The notes below the pieces were generated by a model. It ran no database searches and was not told the DNA's origin. It was given only the letters and a program-made list of their open reading frames with translations. A DNA stretch of 63,432 nt, filler included, from Octopus bimaculoides (Eukaryota), in NCBI RefSeq assembly GCF_001194135.2. It is 6 parts of 4 records of this genome, joined end to end, with 100 filler letters (N's around TTAATTAATTAA, not from the genome) between each part and the next. Parts side by side here need not be neighbours in the genome. Positions count along the whole stretch, not along the records: positions 7,970 to 36,721 come from NC_068982.1; 5 more parts are not named here. One strand, written 5' to 3'. The position numbers were made by a program, and so were the translations under genes. This document shows positions 13,240 to 26,409 of this stretch, in pieces (within the stretch, counting starts at the first letter, position 1; each line of letters opens with the position of its first letter).

Positions 13240-13620
13240 TTGTTGGAACTCCGTCGCTTACGACGTCGAGGGTTGCAGTTGATCTGATCAACGGAACAGC
13301 CTGCTCGTGAAATTAACGTGCAAGTGGCTGAGCACTCCACAGACACATTTACCCTTAACGTAGTTCTCGGGGATATTCAGCGTGACGCAGTGTGACAATG
13401 CTGACCCTTTGAATTACAGGCACAACAGAAACAGGAAGTAAGAGAGAAAGTTGTGGTGAAAGAGTACAGCAGGGTTCGCCACCATCCCCTGCCGGAGCCT
13501 CGTGGAGCTTTTTAGGTGTTTTCGCTCAATAAACACTCACAACGTCCGGTCTGAGAATCGAAACCGCGATCCTATGACCGCGAGTCCGCTGCCCTAACCA
13601 CTGGGCTATTGCGCCTCCAC
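13240..13620 (-). mobile_element. Full-length tRNA-derived SINE (type D)
   Basis: Minus-strand head GTGGAGGCGCAATAGCCCAGTGGTTAGGGCAGCGGACTCGCGG...GGTTTCGATTCTC contains A and B boxes. The 3' body GTCACGCTGAAT..GAGAACTACGTTAAGG..CACTTGCACGTTAATTTCACGAGCAGG..TTGATC is shared with 56145-56470. Confidence 0.9.
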
Positions 13621-13661
13621 GTAAATAAACATATGATGTATAGAAATAGGTAGGTCTTAAT

Positions 13662-13901
13662 CAGTGGTTCTCAGCTCCTTAGCTGTTCACATAATATTTT
13701 GCTGCTAAAATATATGTGCGATAAATTAGCTACGCTTCTACAATACATAAAGTATTTTAACAATTTTTAATACAATTCCTAATGATCATCAATTATGAAA
13801 ACATAATAGGATTTTTTTTAGACATCGGATGGCTACGGGGGTTCACCCGAGTAAAATAGGAATCAAAGGGATCCATCAGCAAAAATAGTTGAGAAATATT
13901 G
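13662..13901. mobile_element. hAT-Charlie-type MITE, with a related inverted copy at 56754-57014
   Basis: Ends CAGTGGTTCTCAGC ... GTTGAGAAATATTG; flanks GTCTTAAT / ATCTAAAC (5/8). Interior segments (GGATTTTTT, GAATCAAAGGG, AACAATTTTT) recur reverse-complemented at 56754-57014. Confidence 0.7.
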
Positions 13902-15046
13902 ATCTAAACGAAAAAACTCAATAAGGTTTTCACCATAACTTTATTTTTCTTTTGTTTGAGTGGATATTCTAAATCCTAAATGAATAGATATAGATAGAGA
14001 AAATTTTACGCAAGAGCATAGTTGGTTAATGATTGGTGGTGTTGCATGTAGGGATGTACATTCACGAGAGCCAAAATGCGTATAGATTTAGGTAGATATA
14101 TGTATGTACAATAAAGATATATGTAGATTAGTGCAAAATAAAAGAATATGAATGCATAAGGATGCGTGCAAGTAAATGCTCTTGATTTGACCTCACGCTA
14201 AGAAGCGAGAAGAAATCTCCTTAGTAAGTGTGGTGTATGCATGGTTACGTACGTGGGTATGAATGTGTGTATGTATGTGTCTATGAATGTATATATGTGT
14301 GTACAAGCGTGTGTGTGTGTTTCTCTGTATATGTATATATAAGTGCGCGTGTGTGTGTTTCTTTGTATATGTATATATAAATGTGTGTGTGTGTGTGTAT
14401 ACACCATGTAAATGAATATGCATGTATAAGGGTGAAAGCGAGCAAATTCTTCTTGTTCTAATAGCATTTCTTAAATGTCTAGCAAAGTCACTATGATGCG
14501 ACCCAAGAACAGTCAAAATTAAGTTTATAAACAGATAAATCTGAGTGTTCTGGCTGAGAGATTAGCATTCTGTTGTGGTAATAAGTTGACTACACGCAAA
14601 TGACTTCCTTTGAATTAGAACACTTACAGACACAAAGAATAAGGAATTCTTCCAGTCTATATATTTACGACTTTATAATCTTAGGGGTTCATCTATCTTT
14701 GTTATAGTCGAGACATGTTTATGCTAAAGAATGGACTGATTGAATAAGTGACTTCATTATTTTATAATTTATATTTTTCATTTTTCATTTTTTATTTTCA
14801 TTAATATATTTAGGTCAATTTATTTATTCTATATTTTTTGTCTTTATTTCCATTAGTTTATTTTTGGTATTTTTTATCACTTGTATCTCTTTGTATTTCC
14901 GTGTTGTTCTTTGTCAATGAAATGCTAAAAATAAAACGTGAATATAAAACAATGGGAAATTATAGGTGATCCAACAGTGTTCTCGAAATCACTCACATGA
15001 AAATGTGCAGGTACACTGGTATTGTTGGATAATGTTAATGCAAGAA

Positions 15047-15254
15047 TGGAGGCGGCAAGTTAGCAGAATTATTAGCACTCCTGACAAAAATCCTTAGCGG
15101 CATTTCATTCGTTTTTACGTTCTGAGTTCAACTTCTGCTTTGGTCGATTTTCCGGAGTCATTAAAATAAGTACCAGTTGAGCACTGGGATCAATGCAATC
15201 GACTTAACACCTCTCCCGAAATTGCTGGCTTTGTGCCAAAATTTGAAATCAATA
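15047..15254 (+). mobile_element. tRNA-derived SINE (type C) with a 12-bp target-site duplication
   Basis: TTAATGCAAGAA at 15035-15046 and 15255-15266 flanks a body GCAGAATT..TAGCAC..TTCTGAGTTCAA..GGTCGA..TAAGTACCAGTTGAGCACTGGG..ATCGACTTA..GTGCCAAAATTTGAAA. Confidence 0.9.
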
Positions 15255-15388
15255 TTAATGCAAGAACGTGTTTAATTTGTGAATCACTCAGTAATTACCA
15301 GTTGATACTAGTGTTCTAATGATTTGGATTAGAGCCTATTCATTCCATCTTGTATTACAATCCTTTTATATACATACATACTTACTTT

Positions 15389-15450
<62 letters not shown>

Positions 15451-15479
15451 TGTATGGGTGGATATGTATACGTATGTTC

Positions 15480-15740
15480 CGAGTGGGAACCGGCAAACCA
15501 AAGAATAGATCCAATGTCTTCTCTGCGTGTTGTAATAGGCGACAAAATGGGGTTGAAGTAGGATTTGCACTCCAGCCTCGGAAGACCCTCACCAGCGACA
15601 ACCTCTTGTACAAGCCCCCAAAATTCTTTCTTACGTGGAAGTACTTCAAAGTGCCAGGACCCCTCACTGCCGAAAGGAGAAAACTCTGGAGGACAGGATG
15701 GTTTGGAGGGCTGTCGCTTGAGCGGTGCGACGGTGTCATC
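15480..15740 (-). mobile_element. Possible decayed L1/Tx1-type LINE 3' fragment
   Basis: GC-richer island. The minus-strand peptide ..LYKRLSL..NPTSTPFCRLLQHAEKTLDLFFG resembles the C-terminal zinc-binding (CxxC..ET.EHLFF.C) region, but the match is weak. Confidence 0.35.
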
Positions 15741-15849
15741 TGTGTGTTTCCGCGTGTATGCACACACAAATACACGCAACAGAGAAAGCTTAGAAAGAAT
15801 TAACCAATAGAAAATGAAGGAGTGTTGTTTTTTTAACGCGTGTGATTTG

Positions 15850-16030
15850 TGAGAGGAAATTCTCGAGTCATGTAGGCATTGTCAGCCATGAGATAAGTCA
15901 TTGTGATACGCCTATTGTTCACAACAGAACATATGCAACCTGTGGAAAGGTTTGCCGTTCAGTCGGAGGATTGTGCCAGCCAGCACAACTGCGCATAATG
16001 CAATTAAATGTGCAGGGTTCAAGAATCATA
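15850..16030 (+). mobile_element. RTE-type LINE 3'-terminal fragment
   Basis: The peptide TYATCGKVCRSVGGLCQ resembles the RTE terminal CxxCGRxCRSxxGLxxH motif. Confidence 0.45.
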
Positions 16031-19000
16031 TAAGGGCCTCACATTGCATTATCAATGACTCATTTCAATGATTCTTTCTAGCAATAGCTTTGCTCGTATA
16101 CGCGAAAGCAGCCACTATGTATGTATGTATGTATGTATGTATGTATTATGTATGTATGTATGTATTTATGTATGGATAGATGGATAGATGGATGGATGGA
16201 TGGAGGCCTAGGTACGTCTCGTAAGATTATAGATCTGTAACAAGAACATACCTCTCGAGAGCGCAGACTTGGAAGACCAGCAGTTCATATGGGTCACTTT
16301 TGGAAGACAAGCAGTTCATATAAGTCGCTCATCTCACCATACTACTTTGTCACAAAGAAAGGCATGGACTGTTAGAGCCTGGCATCAGCGAGTCGGAGCA
16401 AATATCGCAAGGCATCACGTCTGATGTCCCAACAATTCTGTCAATCCACAGTCCTGTTACATATAATCATATTATTAGTTTAAATCTGATTGTTTGTATA
16501 TTTTTTAACGAGCTTACTGTTAAACGTTTTACGCCAAAAAACATTTTAGCTAAAATATAATCTGTTAATTTTCATATAATAACACATTCCGTTAAGTTTA
16601 TTTAAAATTCAATTATTCATGTTTATTTCGGTGAATTGATGTTTATTTCTTTCTGAAGTATTTTACAGACAAATTAGGTGCATTTGTGTTCTCGAATACG
16701 AATGCTGCAAGACGGAAACTTCATAGAAATCCGTCGGGTAGCTTGTGTCATGTTGTGACGCATCGTGTCACGCTGATTCTTCTAGTGAATTTCACTGTCA
16801 GTGAAATGCTTAACCACTTACACGTTAATTCCTGATTACATTATTCATTTGATCAAACAAATGTATCCGCGTCACCGAGCAACCGAGATCTACATAACCC
16901 CACCCACCCACACACACGTGGAGATTATTAAATAATAACAACAAAGCATTTACTATTGAAAAGATTTAATACTTGATAGAATCAAATATATTACAAAAAG
17001 AGTGTCGAGTGGGACGTCAAATGTTGCCTGCCTTGAGGCTTGTTTAAACGATGAGCTACGATTCATAATTAATAGCTATCAATACGTGTAAAATTCCGTA
17101 AAAGATATGGAGGTTGCAACGATGGTAAATTCTTAATGAAATGGGTTAGGATTGGCCAAAATGCCTGCTTTCATAGATCAAACATTATTGGTATGTTATT
17201 GAACTAAATTGCAACTTATGCATCAAAATAAGCATACATGAAAAAAAACGAAACAACTGTTTCTGTCCCCCGATTTCACTCAAAGCTTGAATCAATCTGA
17301 AGCTAAGATAAAAACAAAAAGGAGTTGGCCGAGATGCCAAGCAACGGAATCGAAATAGAGACCTGGTCTCTATTAGTGAACATCTTAAACCATCCGGCTA
17401 TATGTGTATTCAAGATTAAATAAGATATTTAAGACAGCTTTTAATCAAAATAAGGCTCACGAACGATTAAGTAGGTATACAGATAAATCACACGTATGCT
17501 CGGAGGAACACTTCTCTACTACATACAAAATTACGTACATATTTGTGTAGAAAATAATCACCAATATTTCAAATTAAATCAAATATTTCGAGGCAACTTT
17601 TGCATCAAAATATTCACAAAGAATTAAATGACTTTAGTGGTAAATTATTTATATGCTAACAGCGATATATCTTCCTACAAGCAATTACATACGTATTTAC
17701 GCATAATATTTTTAAAATATACTTATATTTTACGTAAAATTATATCTACACACATTACTTATATTAAAACATTCTTATACTCAGAAAAATACTTCAAGAT
17801 AGCTTTTACATCAAAATAGGATCCCAAATAATTAGATGAATGTGTAATAATTCACATGTATATTTACTCGCCCTATTTCTAAGACAATTACATTCGGTTA
17901 TAGTGAATTTTAACTAAACGCGTGCATGCCGTTAAAATGAAACATTTCCAGATAGCTTTTGTATAGAAGTACACTCTCAAATGTTTAAAATGGTACTCTG
18001 GTGTTGTTCTTTATTTTCAGTGTATCTATAAAGATCAGTGCAGTATGTTTCTTTAGTTTGGATTAAAAAAAGTTTTTCCTAAGATTCCAAGGCACAATGT
18101 GTGCATGGCTTTTTTTTTACTATACTGGTTTGTTGAGGCACATGATAGAATATTGCAGGAAATGTTGCAGGGGTGTGACGTAAGGTAATATATCAATTTC
18201 TGAGCAAGGCGTTTTCTTCGTAATTGATATAAATTTCAGTAGGTGCAGTTGCAGTTAGATATATTTATATTTTGGTGTACCTGTTGGGAATTATTTTTGA
18301 CTGGTGGTGCAAAATACACACTCCAGTGTGTATATATAGAAATACACTGACACACACATGCATACACACTGACACAAACAGACACATACACGTACATACA
18401 CACACTATATATATATATATATATATATATATNNNNNNNNNNNNNNNNNNNNNNNNNNNNNNNNNNNNNNNNNNNNNNNNNNNNNNNNNNNNNNNNNNNN
18501 NNNNNNNNNNNNNNNNNNNNNNNNNNNNNNNNNNNNNNNNNNNNNNNNNNNNNNNNNNNNNNNNNNNNNNNNNNNNNNNNNNNNNNNNNNNNNNNNNNNN
18601 NNNNNNNNNNNNNNNNNNNNNNNNNNNNNNNNNNNNNNNNNNNNNNNNNNNNNNNNNNNNNNNNNNNNNNNNNNNNNNNNNNNNNNNNNNNNNNNNNNNN
18701 NNNNNNNNNNNNNNNNNNNNNNNNNNNNNNNNNNNNNNNNNNNNNNNNNNNNNNNNNNNNNNNNNNNNNNNNNNNNNNNNNNNNNNNNNNNNNNNNNNNN
18801 NNNNNNNNNNNNNNNNNNNNNNNNNNNNNNNNNNNNNNNNNNNNNNNNNNNNNNNNNNNNNNNNNNNNNNNNNNNNNNNNNNNNNNNNNNNNNNNNNNNN
18901 NNNNNNNNNNNNNNNNNNNNNNNNNNNNNNNNNNNNNNNNNNNNNNNNNNNNNNNNNNNNNNNNNNNNNNNNNNNNNNNNNNNNNNNNNNNNNNNNNNNN

Positions 19001-19455
19001 NCTTTCCCACTGCCATAATTTCCAACTCCCTCTCTTTTTTACTTCACGCCTTCTTACAGAATACTTTTTGTTTTTCCTTCATTTTGTTTTTCATAATTCG
19101 CTCGCTTTTCTTTATGATTTTTAACATACAAGCGTTCTTGTAAATTTGTTCCTCTGTTCGCTAACGTTTTAACATGTCAATTCGTTTATTTGACACTAGC
19201 GGCTATTTTCAACAGTTCATTAAAATTGTGTTCTCTCTCCCTCTCTTTCTTTTCCATCTCTCTCTTTCTTCTCTCTCTCTCTCTCATTCTCTTGCTCTCT
19301 CTTTTCTCTTACCTTTCACTCTCATTCTCTTTCCCTGTTTTTTTATTTATTTATTTCACTCTACACCACTATATTTAAAGATATATATTGATTAGTCTAT
19401 CTATCCAGCGATCTAGGTATTTATAGTCCTAGCAACATACCGACCTGACAAACTT

Positions 19456-19511
<56 letters not shown>

Positions 19512-19524
19512 CTCTTCTTTGTGT

Positions 19525-19577
<53 letters not shown>

Positions 19578-19699
19578 TCTCTCTCTCACTCTCTTTCCCC
19601 ACTTCAGTCTATGCTTTAAATATTTAACTAAGATTGACTAATGTCTTTTCAACGTTATCTTGCAATAAAACATGTTTACTTTTCTCTACTTCACTTTTT

Positions 19700-19980
19700 C
19701 GCTTGTGTATGTATGTATGCATGCATGTAAGTGTGTGTGTGTATGTTTTTATGTATATATGTATGTATGTATGTAGGTGCATATATGTGTGTAGTATGTA
19801 AGTTTATACATACATGTAAGAATGTATGTGCGTATGTAAGCGTATGTATGTATGTATGCATGCATGTATGTATGTATGTATGTATGTATGTAAGTATGTA
19901 TGTATGTATGTATGTATGTATGTATGTATGTATGAATGTGTGCATGTATGTATTAATGTATGTATGCATGCATGTATGAC
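19700..19980. repeat. Compound (TATG)n/(TG)n microsatellite; similar (CATA)n tracts at 22590-22700 and 30960-31180
   Basis: Direct tetranucleotide periodicity. These tracts produce the MYVC/HTYI pseudo-ORFs in the track. Confidence 0.95.
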
Positions 19981-20249
19981 TGAACGTTCTTCTACTTTTA
20001 TTTTTCAAATTTCTCACAAATAAAAAAGATTCTTTCTAACCCAGAAACAAGGATTTTTCATTAGAATTTAGACGACACAGTAGTCATCTATGTACGTATG
20101 TTTCCACTTTTTTTTTAAAATTAGCATTTTGTTAGTATTTTTCCTGGAAAGAGAGAGCTACTTTCTAACAAAAAAAAAAAAAAGCTCCAGTATTGGAATT
20201 TGGATAACAAAAACGAGAATTGTCACATATTGAACTTTAAGAAGTTCTT

Positions 20250-21640
20250 CCATATTTTTAGTGTTCCACTTACAGAATGTACTGTAAAATTCGTGTAAGC
20301 AGGTGTGTTTTACTTCGTGTGAAAATCCTAGTTTTGTGCAGGTGATTGCTTGGGCATTTACTAACGTAACCAAGCACTCAAATTATTATTGTTATAAATG
20401 TACCTTCATAACCAAGACAGAATGGTTGCAGGTTTCGAAGAAGTTGTCCATAGATCTTTTCCTTCTCAGTGATTTTGGAAATGTTCACATCTGCAGAACT
20501 ACTAAAGTCTAACTGTACATGAATATTTTTTTGTATCCTGAATGACTATGCTCAGTCTGTTTTGTTAGCGCTGGGTAGAAATTTTAATGAGTATTTTCCA
20601 CAAAAATTCTTTATAGCTGATAAATATGTATGCATTTGAAAGCAAATGTATTGTTTATATTCGTATCAGGCAGTCTTTTCTGCAGATGGCATTGTACATT
20701 ATTTTGGTGTCAACACCATGTCACTGTAAGAATAGTACCTCGATGATATTCTAGGCAGCTGCGGGCTACATGTATTATATACACAATAGAAAAGTAGCAT
20801 AATCATTTGCAGCTGCCATTTTGTATGAAATATTTCGTAGCTGTCACCTGCTCTTGGATTGCTAAGCATAGAATTCAAGAAGTGATGTGATATATTGGTT
20901 ACAATTCCAAAAGTTGCTCCACTTCATGTGAATATTGTCATCGTTTTCAAATTTACGAGAAACATATCCATACATAGCCTTTTTATGGTATACAGAGTTT
21001 TTCTCATCCAGGTGTATTTTAATTTTTATAGATATGCGAGCCCTGCTCTTGTAGATTTGTATGGGAGATTATCAGGAAGTGCCTCTTGATGAATTCAACA
21101 CCAACCCGAATGATGCTATTCACTTCCTTTTTGAGCACGTAGTCCATATATTTATTTCTGCTACTATTGTTTAGCAGACGCTGTCTCAGTTACATCATAC
21201 AGCGCACGAAGGCTGCTTGTACTAATATTAAACCTCTTCCCTCTCTATTCTTCTGACATAGAGTCTCGCTGTATATCTGTTTCTATGAAAATTTGCAGTT
21301 TATGTCAGGATCTTGCAGATTTTAATGTCTATAGAGCGAATTTTCCCTGTAGACCAGTCGAATACCCCAAACATTGGTATCAGCACTGGTATTGCAAATG
21401 CATTGTGCAACATTGTCTTGTTTAAATACGGGTATTTGTTTGGAATCTCTGCGCTCCGAGTTGAAATCCTGTTGAAGTCAACTGTATCTTTTATTATTCC
21501 GACGTCGATAAAAAAACATTACCAAACCTGAGCGTTATAATGGGAGAATTTTATAAAAACGTTGGGTGCCTCTTCCGGTTCTTTACATTCTGGTGTCCAG
21601 GAAGGAAGGGAGAGAATTATTGCGAGACAGGGATTTTCTC
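20250..21640 (-). mobile_element. Decayed R4/Dong-clade LINE, 3' part (end of RT, zinc-knuckle region, REL endonuclease)
   Basis: Collinear minus-strand peptides with stops and frameshifts: HNAFAIPVLIPMFGVFDWS..IDIKICKILT..ARLYVRRIERGRGL; AIQEQVTATKY; SADVNISKITEKEKIYGQLLRNLQPFCLGYEGTFITIII*VLGYV. These match the RT thumb, the AIQDQ motif and the REL (D..N...EK..Y..L...PIIIGALG) motif of R4-clade ORFs. Confidence 0.85.
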
Positions 21641-21724
21641 CCAAAGATTTAAATGGCTAGATGCTAGTCAATTACAACTAAACGTGACACAAAAATGCAT
21701 AGATATTTGGCTACATATAGGGTT

Positions 21725-21757
<33 letters not shown>

Positions 21758-22090
21758 GTGTAGATGTGTGTGTTTGTGTGTGTATATGNNNNNNNNNNNN
21801 NNNNNNNNNNNNNNNNNNNNNNNNNNNNNNNNNNNNNNNNNNNNNNNNNNNNNNNNNNNNNNNNNNNNNNNNNNNNNNNNNNNNNNNNNNNNNNNNNNNN
21901 NNNNNNNNNNNNNNNNNNNNNNNNNNNNNNNNNNNNNNNNNNNNNNNNNNNNNNNNNNNNNNNNNNNNNNNNNNNNNNNNNNNNNNNNNNNNNNNNNNNN
22001 NNNNNNNNNNNNNNNNNNNNNNNNNNNNNNNNNNNNNNNNNNNNNNNNNNNNNNNNNNNNNNNNNNNNNNNNNNNNNNNNNNNNNNNNNN

Positions 22091-22135
<45 letters not shown>

Positions 22136-22734
22136 AAGTGGGAATTATAGGTAAAAAAGCAAAATCGGAACATAGGGTTAAGGGTTAGATGGGGATTCTG
22201 AAAAGTTCTTGTAATAGACGTGGGAGGGCAGTGGAAAAATTTTATAGCAAGGAGAATCATCACTAGGAAATCCAAATTGCAGAACGTGATTTTTATATTT
22301 CTAACTCTTTAACTGCAGCATTCAATAAATTGGTGCTTGAAATTAAGAAAAATCAAAATAAAAAAAAAATTATCCTTATAAATATTATTACAGACAAAAA
22401 CAAACAAACAACACAGCAAAGTAGTGAGAATTATGATAGCGTAACGGCAAATTAAAGTCAAGTAGAATAATTTCTATGTTAGTCTGAATCTCGCTCTTTA
22501 TGTGAATTGGAGGATGTGGGGCGGTTCTGTATGTTTGTGGGTGTATATGTAGTGTTTGTGTGTGAGTGTATATAAATATGTACATACAATACAGACGTAC
22601 ATGCATACATACATACATACATCCATACATCCATCCATACATACATGCATACATACATACATACATACATGTATGTATGTATGTATATATGCATGTATGT
22701 ATCTTACGTCTGTGTATACATTCTTTGGGGAAAT

Positions 22735-23090
22735 TTTTTCAGTCATTAGCCTGCGGCCGTGACGGGACGCCGCCTCGAAGTGTTTAGTCGAACTAAACAA
22801 CCCCGATACTTATTTATTTTTCTAAAGTCTGGTACTTATTATATCGGTCTCTTTTTGCCGAACCGCTAGTTTACAGGGATGTAAAAAAACCAACACCGAT
22901 GTCCAGTGGTGGTGGGTGACAAACACAAACATAAAGACACACACATACATATATACAACGGACTCCTTACAGTTTCCGTCGGCCATATACACTCACAAGG
23001 TTTTGGTTGATCCGAAGCGATAGTAGAAGACACTTGCCAAGGTGCCATACAGTGAGACTGAACCTGGAACCATGTTGTTAGGAAGAATAT
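22735..23090 (-). mobile_element. Type-B SINE with an internal microsatellite
   Basis: Matches the head (GGCACCTTGGCAAGTGTCTTCTACTATCGC), the internal (TA/TG) tract and the 3' CGGCCGCAG..AATGACTGAAA end of the family. Confidence 0.85.
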
Positions 23091-23116
23091 ATGAATGATT
23101 GTATTATTTATATGAT

Positions 23117-23165
<49 letters not shown>

Positions 23166-24443
23166 TTAGATGAATATGTGTGTGTGTGAGTATATTTAAG
23201 CATACGTATGTGTGTGCATGCATGTAAATTATCAATAAATGTTGTTCTATCAAGACTAAATTAATTAGCATTTCATCACTTATTTTGATTGATTACGAAT
23301 TTATAAGTAAAAAAAAAGAAGAAATTAGTGGAATTTAATTTTTAAAACACGAATTCATTAGATTTAAAGTGTATCATGTAATTCAGCCATTGTCACTGTA
23401 GCATGTTATAGATTTAAAGCTTGTCTTAATTAAATGAATAGTAATATAATATGTTAAGGTCTTTTGTTTAGAGATAACCAAACATTTTTTTATATATATA
23501 GATATAGTGTATCATCAAAGAAATGTAAACCACAAATCTATAATCAGAAATTGATGAAAAAAAAAAAAGAAAATGTATTAAAAATATTTTCAGAATGTAA
23601 ACAACATGCAATTATTGTTGGAAAGAACAAAGCTCCTAAAACATGTAAAAAAAAAATTCGAAATCATATTTGGTATAATGGTTGCATATCCGTCATGTCC
23701 GCAAGAGATATGGGTTCTAGTTTCACAGGCAGTATTCGACATTTTTCTCATCCAAATTTTTTTTTTGTTAACACAATATTCTACATGCTATCGTTTAAGG
23801 CTTTACCTTCTTCGAAGTCCACCTTTAAAACGATTCATTTAATGATCATTAATTTATATGTTTGTGTGTGTATGAGTATGTATGTGTGAGTGTATGTGTG
23901 AGAATGTATTGCTATTTGTTTTTCTGTTCATTTACAATAAAAACAATTTTATATTAATCTGATGGGTTACTATATACTTTTGTATACTTTATGTATATCT
24001 TATACATAAATGGCAATTTCTGTCTGTCCATTTGCCTGTTACGATACTGCTATCTACACCAGTGAACCAATCTTGACGAAACATTGCATACATATTAAAC
24101 TAACATCTAGTTCAAGTATAAACTAATTAGATTTCAATAAAAATCTATAATGGGCCCCCTAGGGAGGTTGGGCAACTTTTTGGTAAAATGAGAAGGGTGC
24201 AAAGAGTGTTAGTGTGGGGGAAATATGGTGGCATAGTGGGTGTAGATGATCTCAGGGAGAACAGAGTTGTGTAAACAACAAATATGGAGTGGTAGTGTGA
24301 TGGTAACGTTAATACAGCTGTCATTCACGGATATACACCGAGGAAAGGAAAGAAAGGTGGGTGTAAAGAATTCGTACCTTTAAGGAGAGAGGCGGTAGGT
24401 GATTTTCTGCTGTTCATCGCAAAGAAGCATTCCCACACACACA

Positions 24444-24475
<32 letters not shown>

Positions 24476-26020
24476 CATACGAACAGACATGTAAATAATT
24501 TAAAAAGGAAAAAAAAAACTCCCCAACGAAGTTTTTCTGCGAAAAATTGCACTAATTTGTCCTGATCAAGAGGCCTGTCTGTCGGGGAAGGCATGGTCTG
24601 ACATGGAATAAATAGAAATTTATATTAGACATTCTATTGTAAAAATTGCCCGGCAACGACGGGCTATTCAGTTAGTATATATATATATATATATATATAT
24701 AATACTGTATATATATTTCTCTGGCTAGTTTCTGAAGGCGCGTGGACTAAACTTACAGTATTCATGTCATGATGTTTAGGATGTGTGTTCAAATTCTGGT
24801 TATTGCAGTCCAGGTTGCTCCGCTGTATCAAGGTTGTAGGGGACAAATAGGTGTCTACGTCTGCTTAAAACTGCATATGCATTAAAATAATTATGAAAAG
24901 CAAGTTAGATATTACCAAGCCATACCTGTTCCCCTGTGATGGCTGACTACACTGTACACACCATCTGCAAAAACTATTTATATATAATAAAAGGCAGAAT
25001 CTCTAATAAAATGAGAGTTTCGAAAACTTGCTCGTATACCCTGTGTTGAAATCCGTTTCACGTGTTTCATTCAGCTTGAGGGCTGAAGAGTTTATTTTGC
25101 ATTGTCTCAGTCAATTCAATTGAGGAGAACAAACACCTCAATTTGGAACTTCACCTGCGATTGACTGGCGAAATTATCCGAGGTACTATTATACTATATG
25201 CATGTAACAAGAAAATCAGCAGAAGCTAAATTCCCTCTAGGTTTAGGATACTGTCGATACTGCTTTGTTGTCGTGTTGCTCCAGTTCAGTGATGAACTGC
25301 CAGGCCTATAATATAAACGCTCCAGCAGTACCCATATTGTCTATTTCAAGTATTCTGTATAATAATATAGATTTAATCAAAAGATTAAATGTGGTACTTA
25401 AAATGTTTGAGGTACCAGAAAAACAAAATCAAGAGATTTGGTGAATAATTTTTGAAGAGAAGCAACAAAAATTCAATAGGTTATAGCAGTACGTACGTTT
25501 CGTACAAACTTCATTTATTTAGTGAGAACACCACATAAGATGTGCAACGAAAATGTACTTCTCAGCTGCATAATCGAAGTTCATTTTAGAAAGTCATTTT
25601 GTAGATGTGTGCAAAAACAAGAGTAGGAGAAGAAGAAAATACCATTTTGACTGGGCTGTTAATCAACAGTCTAGTATTTTGTATGTAGAACTGTTCTGTT
25701 TGTTGTGACCTTCCTCTTTTAAGACGTTCATATGTAATTTGTAGGCTACTTCTAGTAGGACCAACACAAAGTAGAAAATCTCTCATTGTATCATGTAGCA
25801 TCAGTTATAACTTAGAGGAAGATTGTGCTAAACAGAAGAGTACCAATTATGTTGAAACTGTCTGACGCTCCGCAGCATCGAGGTCTCTGCAAGTCATATG
25901 TCATGTGGAACTTAATTAGTCTTTCATGCAGAGTTTCTAAGGGTAGTCGATTGATTTTCTTTTGGTTGACACAAATCGTTGTTGCTGTTTCATTAGCAGT
26001 TTATACGTATATGTGTTTGT

Positions 26021-26099
<79 letters not shown>

Positions 26100-26376
26100 C
26101 GTGCGCGTGCGTGCGTGCATGTGCGTTTGTGCGTGTGTGTATGTGTGTGTGTGTGTATGTACACATATAAAGATGGCTACATAATAAATAGATATAGATA
26201 TGTATAAATATAAACATTCATATGTATGTGTGTGCGCAGGTGTGCTTGTGCTTATATGTAATTATTTACATATACATATGCATACACATATAAGAGAAAG
26301 CGAGCGAAAGACAGAGAGAAAGAGAGCGCGGGGGAGAGACAGAAAGAAAGAGGAAAAGGGGGAGAGAAAGAGAGAT

Positions 26377-26409
<33 letters not shown>

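Noticed and set aside
20404-20490. Apparent 87-bp symmetric minus-strand exon (DVNISKITEKEKIYGQLLRNLQPFCLGYE) with good splice signals
   Set aside because: It is collinear with the flanking R4/Dong LINE motifs and matches the REL endonuclease region, so it is transposon sequence, not a host exon.
22172-22190. TAGGGTTAAGGGGTTAG, telomere-like
   Set aside because: Only about two degenerate units; expected by chance.
23600-23760. Possible further mariner N-terminal remnant (GKNKAPKTCKK..)
   Set aside because: Too decayed; no TIR or WVPHEL motif to support it.
24519-24609. LPNEVFLRKIAL, resembling an F-box start
   Set aside because: It is preceded by a poly-A run rather than a splice acceptor, has no suitable donor, and the following residues do not fit an F-box.
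25111-25182. Candidate 72-bp plus-strand exon (NSIEENKHLNLELHLRLTGEIIR)
   Set aside because: It is phase 1-1, so it cannot join the phase-0 F-box exon directly; it has no F-box similarity and a mediocre donor.
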